A stretch of DNA of 63,866 nucleotides, filler included, from Guillardia theta CCMP2712 (taxonomy: Eukaryota; Protista; Cryptophyta), in NCBI RefSeq assembly GCF_000315625.1. It is 5 parts of 5 records of this genome, joined end to end, with 100 filler letters (N's around TTAATTAATTAA, not from the genome) between each part and the next. Parts side by side here need not be neighbours in the genome. Positions count along the whole stretch, not along the records: positions 26,811 to 45,590 come from NW_005434486.1; 4 more parts are not named here. One strand, 5' to 3'. Position 1 is the first letter of the stretch; the number at the start of each line of letters is the position of its first letter. Below, in pieces: positions 31,860 to 44,570 of this stretch. A program made the translations under genes and the position numbers. Under the pieces are notes generated by a model. That model did no database searches, was not told the DNA's origin, and saw nothing but the letters and a program-made list of their open reading frames with translations.

Positions 31860-34800
31860 ATGAGCTCGAGGATCTTGATCAGTTGCTTGCTCGCTTCCCT
31901 TGTTGCTGTTTGCCTTCTCCTCATGCAGGTAAACTTCGACAGGGAGCCCAGTGCTCTAGTGCAGGTTCCTGAGACAAGCTTTACGTTACCGGCGAGCATG
32001 GATGGTATGCAAGGAGTGCCAGAGCAGGAGCTGAGCTATGCACCACCATCCCCTGAGAATGGATACCCTGATGTCGGCGTGGGGAGCTCTCTGGTTCAAG
32101 TTCCTCAGGATTATCAAGAGGTTCAAGAGGAGGAGGGTGTAGCTGGAGGGATGCAGCAAGGAGGGTTGACGTACATGCCGTCGACTGCATCCGGAGGAAT
32201 CAGTAGCAGGGATCAATCCCCTGGCATCCCACAGACGTTCCTCACCAAGGAATCCATGCTGAAGAGAAGACTGAAAAGAATGGCCTCGGCGCTGAAGAAG
32301 TCGCGCAAACACGAGGACAAGTTGAAAAGCCAGTTGGTGGAAGCTAGTGATTTCGTCAAGAGAGAGCTCAAGGACATCAAGGACGAGGTTGTGGCCTTCA
32401 ACACCAAAGAAACTGATATGATCAACGCTCCCTTCCACCTTGTTCAGGGTCCAAGGTACGGTGACATGAGCTCATTTCTTCCTCTTTGACTTTGCTTTCA
32501 GGGGACCTCCCGGACTGCCAGGCATGAATGGACTGCCAGGCATGAACGGAAAGGATGGAATTCCTGGACCCCAAGGACCCAGAGGACCTGCAGGATTGTC
32601 TGGTCCCTCAGGTTCACCAGGACCTGAAGGAATCACGGGACCGAAAGGTGTTTGAGCTCCTTGCTCGCGTGGGGAAGGGTTTATGCTTTCATGGCAGGGC
32701 CAAGAGGCCAGTCAGGCGTCATGGGTTGGAGAGGAATCCAAGGTCGAGCAGGAATGGACGGTTTGCAGGGTGATGGTAGGTGAAGGCTGTGCATCAGATG
32801 TTGTTGTGACTTGATCTCAGCACACGTCACTGAATCCTGGAGGCCCTCGAGGTACTTCTGCCCTGGTGGAGGGAACCACTTCACCCGGTTGGTGGACTGT
32901 GACACTGGGTCATGCCGCCTGGAGGTCAACTACAACGGGTTCTGGGGAACCGTGTGCGGTCGTGGGTTCACCCAAGAGTCTGCGACGACAGTCTGCAAGG
33001 GCCTCGGATTCCCAGAGGGCGGAATCGCAAGGAGGCGGGGTGGCGGCACGGGACACATCTGGTTGTCGGATGTCAGATGTGAGTGTGATTGATGCGTGCG
33101 GTCAAGCTGTACCTTGACAGCATTGCAGGTCATGGTTTCGAGGAGGACATCGGAGATTGTCCCAAGAAATGCGGAGGAGCTGGATGTACCCACAGCGATG
33201 ACGTCGGCGTCTGCTGCTGGGGTTTCAATGTTGGACCCTGGGTGATCTTTTTGAAAAAGAGGAAGACGAATGTGTGTAATCTGCTTGTTCACCAGGGGAT
33301 GAGAAACGCCACGAGAGACAGCTTCAACACTGTTCGGGCACTCCGAGAAGCCTGCTACATCCCCGATGCCTGCCCTCCTGTGTAAGAACCATCTGAATTT
33401 GTACATGAGGATACTGAAGTTTGATTGTGCAGTGCGGAGGAGAAGGAGGCAACCTTTGCCTCTAATTGCGACTTCACAGGATGGAAGACGACGTTTCCCG
33501 TTGGGCGATACAGCGAATTCCGCGGGGGAGAGTGCGACGACGATTTGGGCATGTGTACGCATTTAAATTGCCCCTTCCAACCCAATCAGCTTGCCTCGCT
33601 CGATGTTCCATCCGGATTGAAGGTTCTAGCATCTACCTTGCTGTGCGAACCTCGATTGACGTCAACAAAAACAGGTTACTCTATTCTCAAGGAGCTACTT
33701 CAGAGGAGATCACATCACATACGTTGGACCGAGAAAGACCGATTGTTTGACGTGGGAAGGATTTATGCGAAAGACCCAGTCAGTGCTGATTGAAAGCACC
33801 AAAAGACTTCCAGAGTCCCAGTGGGTGGTCAGGGTGGCCGCTTCTAGTCACCAGATCACATCCCTGCCCAGCATTTATGCCTTGAAGTACATCGGGCAGG
33901 CTAATGTCGACTTCATCAACTTTCCTGCAATTGGAAGACTTGGCGCATATGTCGCGCACGCGCCATCTGAAAAGGTCACAGCAGCGTTTTACGGATCCCT
34001 GAAAATCAACACCCCTGGACATTACACTTTCAGTCTCACCTCGGACGATGGCTCGAAGCTCTGGATCGCTGGAAAGGTGGTCATTGACAACAACGGAATC
34101 CACGGAGCTCTTACCAAGCGCCACGAGATGAAGCTTGACTCCGGGTATGTGGACATCATGGTCCAGATGTTCAACAACCTTGGGCCCGGGATGGTGCAGC
34201 TGGTGTACAAGGGCCCTGACACTGATGGCAACATGATGTTTATAAGGAGTGAAGGAAAGCACATTTCCCTCCCCACAGAACCAAGGCAATCAAACTGGGC
34301 GATACGGACGTTCAAGACAGACCGCCAGATTACCAGGATCCCTGACGTCTACACAATGCAGGTCGTCGGTGACAAGAATGGGTTCGACATGCCATACTTC
34401 CCTAACGTGGCGGCGTTCCAACGTATCGTAAGGGGAACGCCGTCCTCCAACTTCGCCTGGGTGTTGTACGGCTCCCTCCTGATCGAGGAGGCGGGATCGT
34501 ACCTGCTCTGTACCTCCTCCGACGACGGCTCGCAAATGATTGTAGACGGGGATCTGTTGATAACCAACGACGGCCTGCATGGACGTGAAAGGAAGTGCCG
34601 CCGCAAGACTCTAAGCGCTGGTGATCACAAGGTCGTCGTAGAGGGCTTCAATCACTACGGCGCGGCCTACCAGCGCGTCACGTACCAAGGACCTGACACG
34701 GGTAACAGCCTGATCACGATGCTCAGCAAGGGCAAGGGATGTGGCGACCTTCCGGCGCTGCCGATGCCGTCGAAGTTCCTGATGCGCATGTATGCGGCGC

Positions 34801-37800
34801 CGTACAGCTTGACCGATGTGAACCCGCCTTCGCTTCTCAACTACGTGGGCAAGGCACACGTGGACTACTTGTTCTTCGACGACCTGAGGCAGTTCCGCCG
34901 CCTCATCCCCAAGACTCCCTCGGCAAACTACCAGTGGGAAGTGTACGGGACCCTGAACGTGCACCGGGAGGGCTCGTACCATTTCTGCACAACCTCCGAC
35001 GACGGAAGTCTCTTGCTTGTGGACGACATTCTGGTGGTCGACAACAACAAACCCCACGGACCTGTCGAGCGATGCGGGTCCATCACCCTCAAGGCCGGCA
35101 TGCACCAGCTACACCTGCCGGGCTTCCAGCAAGGAGGCGGCGTGTTCCTGGAGGCGACGTACAGGGGACCTGACACGGGCCACGTGACGAGAGCGTTGAG
35201 GTCGGACGGGCTGTCAGGGATCCCGGAGAAGGTCGCGCCGTCGGAGTGGATTCTCAGGATGTACAAGAGTCCTATATGGGGGCTTACGACGTTGGCAGAT
35301 GCTTATATTCCTTTCTTGAACTTTGTTGGAGAGACCAAAGTCCAGGTGATAGACTATCGCAGTAACGGAGACTTCATGCGCGCCGTCTCTGGTACTCCCG
35401 ATCACGATTACGCTTGGGAGTTTATCGGCGCCGTCCCCATCGAGACGGCAGGGAAGTATACCTTGTGCACTACGTCGGACGATGGATCTGCCCTCTACCT
35501 GAAAGGCAAGGAGATCGTCACCAACGACGGCCTTCATGGCGGCGAGAGGCGATGCGCGGCAGTAGAGCTGACAAAGGGAGATCACAACGTGCGGGTGGTG
35601 GGCTTTCAGCACTACGGAGGGGCGATGGAGGTAGCGACGTACTACGGGCCGGACACATACGGGCAGGAGGTTCGTCTTCCCAGCGTTTCGAGGAAATCAG
35701 CCAATGTACGTCGATCCAGCTCCACATGGATCATGAGGGTAGCAGTGTCGGATATGCAGATTTCCGCCTTACCGAGCATTAGTGCCTTGAAGTACATCGG
35801 GCAGGCTAATGTTCGAATCATCAACATGAACCGGAATGAGGTCTTTCGACACTACATGCCAAACATGCAATTGGAGAAGTACACAGCAGCGTTTTACGGA
35901 TCCCTGAAAATCAACACCCCTGGACATTACACTTTCAGTCTCACCTCGGACGATGGCTCGAAGCTCTGGATCGCTGGAAAGGTGGTCATTGACAACAACG
36001 GACTCCATGGAGCTCTTACCAAGCGCCACGAGATGAAGCTTGACTCCGGGTATGTGGACATCATGGTCCAGATGTTCAACAACCTTGGGCCCGGGATGGT
36101 GCAGCTGGTGTACAAGGGCCCTGACACTGATGGTACTTGGAGGTTCGTGCCCAGCCATAAGTCCAAGATTAAACTGCCCGAATCACCCAAGAATTCAAAC
36201 TGGGCGATACGGACGTTCAAGACAGACCGCCAGATTACCAGGATCCCTGACGTCTACACAATGCAGGTCGTCGGTGACAAGAATGGGTTCGACATGCCAT
36301 ACTTCCCTAACGTGGCGGCGTTCCAACGTATCGTAAGGGGAACGCCGTCCTCCAACTTCGCCTGGGTGTTGTACGGCTCCCTCCTGATCGAGGAGGCGGG
36401 ATCGTACCTGCTCTGTACCTCCTCCGACGACGGCTCGCAAATGATTGTAGACGGGGATCTGTTGATAACCAACGACGGCCTGCATGGACGTGAAAGGAAG
36501 TGCCGCCGCAAGACTCTAAGCGCTGGTGATCACAAGGTCGTCGTAGAGGGCTTCAATCACTACGGCGCGGCCTACCAGCGCGTCACGTACCAAGGACCTG
36601 ACACGGGTAACAGCCTGATCACGATGCTCAGCAAGGGCAAGGGATGTGGCGACCTTCCGGCGCTGCCGATGCCGTCGAAGTTCCTGATGCGCATGTATGC
36701 GGCGCCGTACAGCTTGACCGATGTGAACCCGCCTTCGCTTCTCAACTACGTGGGCAAGGCACACGTGGACTACTTGTTCTTCGACGACCTGAGGCAGTTC
36801 CGCCGCCTCATCCCCAAGACTCCCTCGGCAAACTACCAGTGGGAAGTGTACGGGACCCTGAACGTGCACCGGGAGGGCTCGTACCATTTCTGCACAACCT
36901 CCGACGACGGAAGTCTCTTGCTTGTGGACGACATTCTGGTGGTCGACAACAACAAACCCCACGGACCTGTCGAGCGATGCGGGTCCATCACCCTCAAGGC
37001 CGGCATGCACCAGCTACACCTGCCGGGCTTCCAGCAAGGAGGCGGCGTGTTCCTGGAGGCGACGTACAGGGGACCTGACACGGGCCACGTGACGAGAGCG
37101 TTGAGGTCGGACGGGCTGTCAGGGATCCCGGAGAAGGTCGCGCCGTCGGAGTGGATTCTCAGGATGTACAAGACTGACCTCTGGCACCTATACAACTTAG
37201 CTCAAGGAGACCCTGAGCTCTTAGATTATGTGGGAGAGACCAAAGTCCAGGTGATAGACTATCGCAGTAACGGAGACTTCATGCGCGCCGTCTCTGGTAC
37301 TCCCGATCACGATTACGCTTGGGAGTTTATCGGCGCCGTCCCCATCGAGACGGCAGGGAAGTATACCTTGTGCACTACGTCGGACGATGGATCTGCCCTC
37401 TACCTGGAAGGCAAGGAGATCGTCACCAACGACGGCCTTCATGGCGGCGAGAGGCGATGCGCGGCAGTAGAGCTGACAAAGGGAGATCACAACGTGCGGG
37501 TGGTGGGCTTTCAGCACTACGGAGGGGCGATGGAGGTAGCGACGTACTACGGGCCAGACACATACGGGCAGGAGGTTCGTCTTCCCAGCGTTTCGAGAAA
37601 GAAGGTCCCTCCAGTGCCAAAGGCTTCTGACTGGAAAGTGAGAGTGTACTCGACAAGTTACAGCCCGTTCCAGAGAGTCCCTGATGTGTCGCACATGAAC
37701 TTTGTTGGGCAAGCAAGCGTAAAGTACATTTGCTTCCGCAGCCTCAACGAAATCCGAAGGATAGTTCCCAACACCCCAGGATCCAAGTACGCATGGCAAA

Positions 37801-38135
37801 TCTACGGAAAGGTCAGGGTGCGTCACGGAGGAGACTACTCGTTCTGTACTGAATCAGATGATGGTTCAAAGATCTACCTCGAGAAGAAGTTGATAGTTGA
37901 CAACGACGGTCTTCATGGAGCACTGAAACGATGTGGGCGGGTCCACCTAAACCCTGGACTGCACGACCTGGTCCTTGTGGGTTTCCAGAACTACGGCGGA
38001 ATCTACCAAGACCTCACCTACTCCGGCCCTGACACCGGGAACCATGAGATCTATGTCAAGAGCGAATCCTCAAGCAATGCTCCGTCGAACGTGAATGGGA
38101 AGGAGGGTGAGTTCGGTACTTGGCCTCCTAGGTAA
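31860..38135 (+). CDS. Spliced host surface protein: signal/TM, coiled coil, collagen, SRCR, crystallin-like segment, nine PA14 domains
   Basis: [10 protein letters not shown] collagen exons; SRCR ([15 protein letters not shown]...HIWLSDVRC...[11 protein letters not shown]); nine SDDGS...N(D/N)GLHG-type PA14 motifs in the long last exon; short GT-AG introns. Confidence 0.85.
33880..37598 (+). repeat. Intragenic tandem duplication with 1905-bp period (four PA14 domains per unit)
   Basis: Identical antisense ORFs are offset by 1905 bp (34290/36195, 34611/36516). Confidence 0.92.
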
Positions 38136-38726
38136 GGAATCAGAGGAATGCATGGAGGCATGTTTGCCTGCTCAAGTTCACTCTTGTTATGCCATCTCGG
38201 ATGGTTGTTGTCTTCATCGTTGTGTGCTTTGTTTTATTCCATGAAAAGGTTATTCTGCTGTTTCGATCTTGGTGTTCATCACCGCAATTCTTCTGAATAG
38301 TTGAGATCTCTTCACTCGACAACATCATCCTGCACCACACAACAGCCTTCTAAAAGCTGCCGCGAACCATTTTTATTGTTGAACTCTAATTCTTGTGTCC
38401 ATTAGTCAGTTCTACTGATCAATGATTCCTCAATTCAGTCTATTCAGACATTTCCTGACTCAACTCCAACATGTCGCACCCTCAACGGCGTGATTTGCCT
38501 GCACAACTCCTCAAATAATACACGATAATGATTGACACTAGAACGATGATACGATCAATCGAAATCTCTCTCGCTCTCTCTCTTCCCCTCCATCTCTCCC
38601 TCTCCCTGCCTCCCTCCCTGGCTCCCTCCCCCCCTGCATCTCACCCCTTTCCCCCGCCTCTGTTTCTCTCTCATACTAATATTCAGTGGATGTGTTCAAA
38701 GCTCTCTCTCCAACTTTCTCAGAACC

Positions 38727-38798
38727 AGTATCTTTGTACACAAACAGCACAAGTATCTTTGTACACAAACAGCACAAGTGTCTTTGTACACAAACAGC
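38727..38798. repeat. 25-bp tandem repeat x~3
   Basis: AGTATCTTTGTACACAAACAGCACA. Confidence 0.85.
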
Positions 38799-41321
38799 TC
38801 ATGCTTTTTGAGGAGCAATGCTACTGTTGAAGCAAGACTGACGCCATGGCACTGCTAGTCTAGCAGGTTGAGGCGCTCAGCATGATGACTCGGGCGGATG
38901 TGATTGCATATCGTCGTATCTCCATGGGAGAATAGTTGAAGGTTTCAACCTAGTCAGAGATTGTTCCACTCCAATATCACCATCCTCGACCCGTCTACGC
39001 TGTTGAGGATGCACATGCTACTGCTGCTCTACCTCCTCCTACTACTGCCTCTACTGCCGCTACTGCCGCTACTCCTCCTCCTCCTCCTCCTCCTCCTGCC
39101 TCTACTGCTGCTCCACCTCCTCCTCCTCCTGCCTCTGCTACCTGTGCTACCGCTACCTCCTCTGCTGCTGCTGCTGCTGCTACCAGTACTGCCCCTCTAT
39201 CTGCTGCGATCGTGCCGTTACTACCGTTGCAAGGCGCAACGCGCTGCGGGTCCGTTACGGTAGCCCACGTCAAATCTGAGGCGGGTGATGACGTCGACGG
39301 TTATAAGCTGTTACATGACTAGATGGTTTCCCCGTGACCATGACCCTTCCTCGGATATAAGACCAAAGCAAAGTACCCCCACCTTTGATAGGCATCTGTT
39401 TGTAAAATGTACCGGTAGTATCTATCCCCGTCGTGTAACGATTACTTCAGCCCCCTCATCCAGGGGTACCTCATGATAACACAGAATTTTCTTGGGAAAA
39501 AGGGGGTGGTCTAACCAAAAAGCTCAGGGGTGGTATTTATCGAACCCTCGAAGTAGCCACTCAGTGTCATAGGGGTACTCGAATCAGCCGTAGGGGTAGT
39601 CGAGTGTAAAATCTCTTGTAAATATGGCTGGGTGGTATGGCCTATAGGGTACTGGTACCTCAAGAATTTCGATGACGGGTACAAGAACAGGTAACCAGTA
39701 GGGGTCAGAGGGGGTACCTTACTCATGATGTCAAGAACGAATTGAGGGGGTACGGGTAGTACTACTATCGTACGTCGACCGGCAGCGCGATAGAAGCATT
39801 ATTGTCGAAAAAGACGGTAGGGGTAGTGAAGGCGTAAGGGAGGCGGACTGCAAGGTTAATACAGATCGGGTAGGGTACTTGTAGGGTGGGTGGGGTCCAT
39901 TTGAACATTGTGGGGTGGTCTGTTGAGAGCGGGAAACTCTCAGTGGTAGGGTGACTGTCATGGGTATTCATACATGGGGTACTTGCTAGTGTGTTTAATG
40001 GGGGTACTAACGGTGGTTTGACAGTGGGTGGGGTGTAAAAGTTTGTTTGTTGGTGCTGATGATGAAGTATCGTGACTTGGTGAGGACCCCTCCTCCTAAG
40101 GGAAGCTATGGATGTTACTGGAATCTTGCTCCCACCCCTGTGACGTCCCAACAGTTTCATCCAGGGACACCCGTGGTAGTCCTACAGGCCTCCAAGCAAC
40201 CCCATCTAAGGGGGGTGGGGTATGTTCCGTAACGGTCTTTAAGCTATTTGTACGAAATTATCAAAAAGTATTATTAGGTTGTAGTTCCATGTACCATTGT
40301 GATTATGAGTGAATACTTTTCGGTTAAAAAAGGGTTGAGTTAGAGTTTTTCTCGGGAGTAAATCTTTTTAAACTGGGTTTTGGTGGTACACGAATCATGC
40401 ATTTCTGGTACAAATGGTGATCAAAACCTTCAAAGCCTCCAACAGTCCAGTACATAATTCAGGAATCAGGTACAAATGTTTAATATTCGTTACCAGGAAT
40501 AGATTTATACTGTATACCGATAGCAACCCTCCATTCCTACTAGACCCAGGCCCTTGACCCCCCTCCCCCCTTGGGACTGAAGGCGGGTAAACTTGATTCT
40601 CGAAGCAATAAAATTTCGATGGGGGTGTACATTAGCACACCATCAATCAACTTTCAAATATTTTCAAGAAATAGTAATATATATTTCATAAATTATATTT
40701 ATTTTCAGCAAATATTATGAAAAATGAATGCCCTGCTGGAAGCATTGAATGATGAGTTTGTACTGGAGAATCCACCTTGATAACCCCACCCCACGGTCCC
40801 TTTTCCCCTGAGATCCCCGCCCCCCCTCCACCCATGGTCGACAAGAGGACCCACCCCTACCCCCAGAATCGATCCGGCATTGAAAGTTTGCAATACTACA
40901 GTTGGCTACCCACCCTTTCTCCCATTCACACTTACCATGACCCCGGTCATATTACCCCACCCTCCCCTTCAACACAACCCGTGATTCTACCGGTGCTACT
41001 ACCAGGGTAAGACTGGGTGGAGTAGCATCGCGAAAATAGACCCCTGCTTCCCGATCACCTCCATTCAGCACCCTACCCACCCCGTCGTAATCCCACCCCA
41101 CCCCCGGCGTAAGAGCGTCAGACACTCGTGGCTTTCGTCCTCCCCTGCCGCAGCATGGGCGTCCTGCCATTGTCTTTCCCCACTCCCCTTCGTTGATCGT
41201 GCTGTATCTGCTGAAGAACCTCTCTGATCCCTGCTTCCTCTCAATCATCTAGTTCCATCCTTCGCTCAGATCTTAACACCTTGATATCTGATTCGTCCAG
41301 CGAGTTGCGCACACTTGGTCT

Positions 41322-42760
41322 GTGCCCCCAAAGCCGAGTAAGGATTGTGACCGAGCAAGGATTGTGACTGTGAAGAGTGATTTTGAGACTAGTTCGTTGA
41401 GTCACCTCAAGAATATGGCTCCGCCTCTTCCTGCGCACATTGCTTCTCCCGATAGCTTGGGCTCTCCTTATGGATATGGCTCTCCGCATTTGCAAGCAGA
41501 AACAAACGAGAAGCAAGACAGTGAAAGCAAGAGAACTAGAAATTATCAGCTCCCTCAGCTGAGTGGGTTACGATCCCCTAAAAGTCCTTCCAGCGAGAAG
41601 CAAAGCGTTAATGTAGATCAAGAGGTCGAGAAATCATATGATGAGCAGGCAACTGAGGATTCTGTGTGCGAAGAATCGTCCATCTCGAGCGAGACGAACT
41701 CTGAGACTGGTTCAAATCTGGGGACATTTGACTTGGCAAACCTGAAGATTTCTCCCTCGAATTCACAGAGCGGGTCACACCAATCTCAAAAATGCAAGCT
41801 TAAGGTTGGCGAACTGATCCGAGAAGACAACGTAGCGTTTGCACGACACAGCCGCACTTTCGTCAAGACGAACCAGTCATACAGGATGGCTCTGGATTGT
41901 GCAGACCCAGCAGGTGATGCTGGAAAGTACTGCACTGCGCTCGTCTGACTCCCTTTGAAGAGTTTTGTGTTGGTGTCATTCTTTCATTCTCCCAATGTCC
42001 CGAAGGTGCTTGTTGAGAATTCCCATTTTGTTTGGACCCGTGACTCTATTTGTGCAGCCATGCGATGCGATGTGTTGTGGGATAATGGAAAAGTCCTGAA
42101 GGGCTACAGAGTTGGATTCCAAGGAGCTTATGATTTGGAGGTTGCAGATTCTTCACGCAAGTAAGCAACGGATTTGCTACAGTTGCACTCTAGTCCTGAC
42201 GAATTGGTCAGCCCTCGATCCGAAAATGTCTTTCAGTCTTTGGTAGATGACTCTAAACGAGGGTATGCGAATCGAATTGCAAGACGTTCCCACTGAAATG
42301 TTGCTGGAAGAACGCTCTCGCGATCAAGCTCTACAGACTCTCTTCAAGAGAATGATGGAGGCAGAAAAACATCTAATTGTACCACCAATTCCTGCCCGAG
42401 ATCTGGGTAAGACTTTCGTTCTCAGGACTTCTGGTTTAATGCTCATTATCAGAATGTTCGGACGATTTTCCTTTGGAAAGAAGAAGCCAGTCGCAGGTTT
42501 TTACACGAATTTTATGTAGATTCAGCAGATCTGAATTTTACCTGACAGACAAAGCAAGCTTGGCTAGTTTCCAGCAATTGCAATCAAACGCGACAGGAAC
42601 ACACTCGCGGTTTTCAGGTTATTTTACAGTGCGAAATTCTAAATTAGGCTCATATGGAACTTCCAGGTGAAGGAATTCTTGTGGATATTTCAGTCGGTTA
42701 CTTAGATCCACTGAATTCGATTTCACGAGCGTAGAGGCGTGGACTAGATAGTTAACAACG
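41322..42760 (+). CDS. Hypothetical spliced host gene (Ser-rich N-terminus)
   Basis: Chain of + strand ORFs separated by ~50-nt GT-AG intron-like gaps; no recognisable domain. Confidence 0.4.
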
Positions 42761-42958
42761 TAGTCATGTGGTTAATGCTGCATCCGAGAGGCAGATCAAG
42801 AGCAGCGCGATCAGCTTGATGTGTATTGTGGTCTCTGCAGATTGTATTCTTTATATTGTTTTTGCATGGAACAATATTTTCTCAGATTCTAATTTGGTTG
42901 ACGAGAGTGGCCAAAGAACTGTCTGACGGTGTCGCACTGGGTATGGGACTCACTAAAT

Positions 42959-44570
42959 TTACTCGATTCCGATCTTGATCAAGAACTTGCTGGCGGTCTC
43001 GTATCCCACGAAACATGCAGCATTGGCTGGGAAAGCACGTACGAGCACTGGGGTCAGTCCCTTATAGAATCCTTTGACCTGCTCAACATGAGGTTGCAGA
43101 AAAGAGTGAACTTGTCTTACTCCTTCTCTCGCCATGATGTCCCTTGCCACAGCAGTCACACCAGAATACTTTCCCGTCTCAGCAACCTGTGTGGATGATG
43201 ATGACTGAGAAAGAGCCCACAAGAATCTCACCTGATATCGAGACTTGACCGTGTCGATAGGGAGCATTGCCATCCAGTTGGCCATGCCAGCAAAACCTGA
43301 CGAGTTTCAGCCGCTCGCTGCAGTGCATTAGAAGTCACCTCCTGCACAGAAGGTAGCGAACACTCCAGGTTGCTTCTTGCCCTTGCATACAAGTCAACAA
43401 TCAGCAACAACCAGCGGTATGCGGAGGCGATAAGAATCGTTCTGTTCAACCTCGGGAGTCCATTCCTTCTTGAGAAACTCGTAGGTTGCGAAGTAGAAGA
43501 AAGAAGCAACGGCGTCTCTGAAGCATCTGGTTTCTCTTCTCATCAGCGACAATCACGGAACAAGAAAGGCTCCTACGTAATTCCCGATCCACGGATAATG
43601 CTTGAAACCCCTCCCTCCTTGTACAATCCAGACACCAGCTCCTTGTACCTGCACAGAACGCACCGATCAACCACCATGTCGCATTCAGCACAGCGGCACA
43701 CCCGTTGTACTTGGGCCCATGGTAGTGAGGACTTTCCATCGTCTGCAGGACGCACTTGAGCCTCTCTCCTGCAATTTTCATCACACTGGAGCAGCTCCGG
43801 CCAAGTGCCGAGAACCGGGCCCGAGGATCGGGGTAGTGAACAACGAAGAGGTGGCTCCAGCCAAGCCTGCAGCGCGTCAGAGTGAGAGAGTCGAGGACGA
43901 GCCGACAGGACAAACTCCATCGCACCGATCTGTGTTAGCTTCAACTTCTCAAAGGCATCGTTGTCACAGAAGATATGCTTCCCGACTCCATATCTGCGTT
44001 AGCAACGGCTTCAACGTGAAATGCAGCTGAGCTGGAAATATTACCCCAAGAAGCACAGGGCATACATAGGAGCAACTCCTGCACTCATAAAGGCGATCAC
44101 AAGAGTGCAAGGGCGATGAAGTCTTATAGAGCTGAATCACCCGCCAATGGCGCTGCCATTCCACGATACAATCCCTTGAACTATGTGCACATCGTCATCA
44201 CAATATCATTCTTCATCTCGGGGCCTACCCCTTCTTTCTCCACGATCTTCTTGGCACAGTCTACCATCCCCTGCCCAATCAAATTCACACACAGCACCGC
44301 CCATCTCAAACTTGTCTTCCTTGTACGGCGCCTCTTGCCCGGGTACCACCTTGCAAGCAACTCAGCGCATGGCGGCGTGTGCATTTGCCGACAACTCACA
44401 TGCATGGTCTGGATACGAACCTTGATCGTGTCCAGAGGATGTCCAACGAGAACCTGCAGCTATATCAGGACATCATGGGCGAGACAAACTCTCCCTACCA
44501 GGAAGATGCCTCCTACACCTCCGGCGAGGAAAGAATGCAAGTATCCGACTTGCTTCTGCTCTTCTGACAT
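42959..44570 (-). CDS. Mitochondrial carrier (SLC25), carnitine/acylcarnitine-carrier-like; many introns
   Basis: Start MSEEQKQVGYLHSFLAGGVGG; GHPLDTIKVRIQT, PIDTVKSRYQ and FYKGLTPVLVRAFPANAACFVGYE motifs. Confidence 0.88.

Noticed and set aside
38961-39273. Leu/Pro- or Ala/Gly-rich ORFs (likewise 49692-50282, 52187-52982, 62848-63088)
   Set aside because: Trinucleotide low-complexity sequence is open in several frames; no domain evidence.
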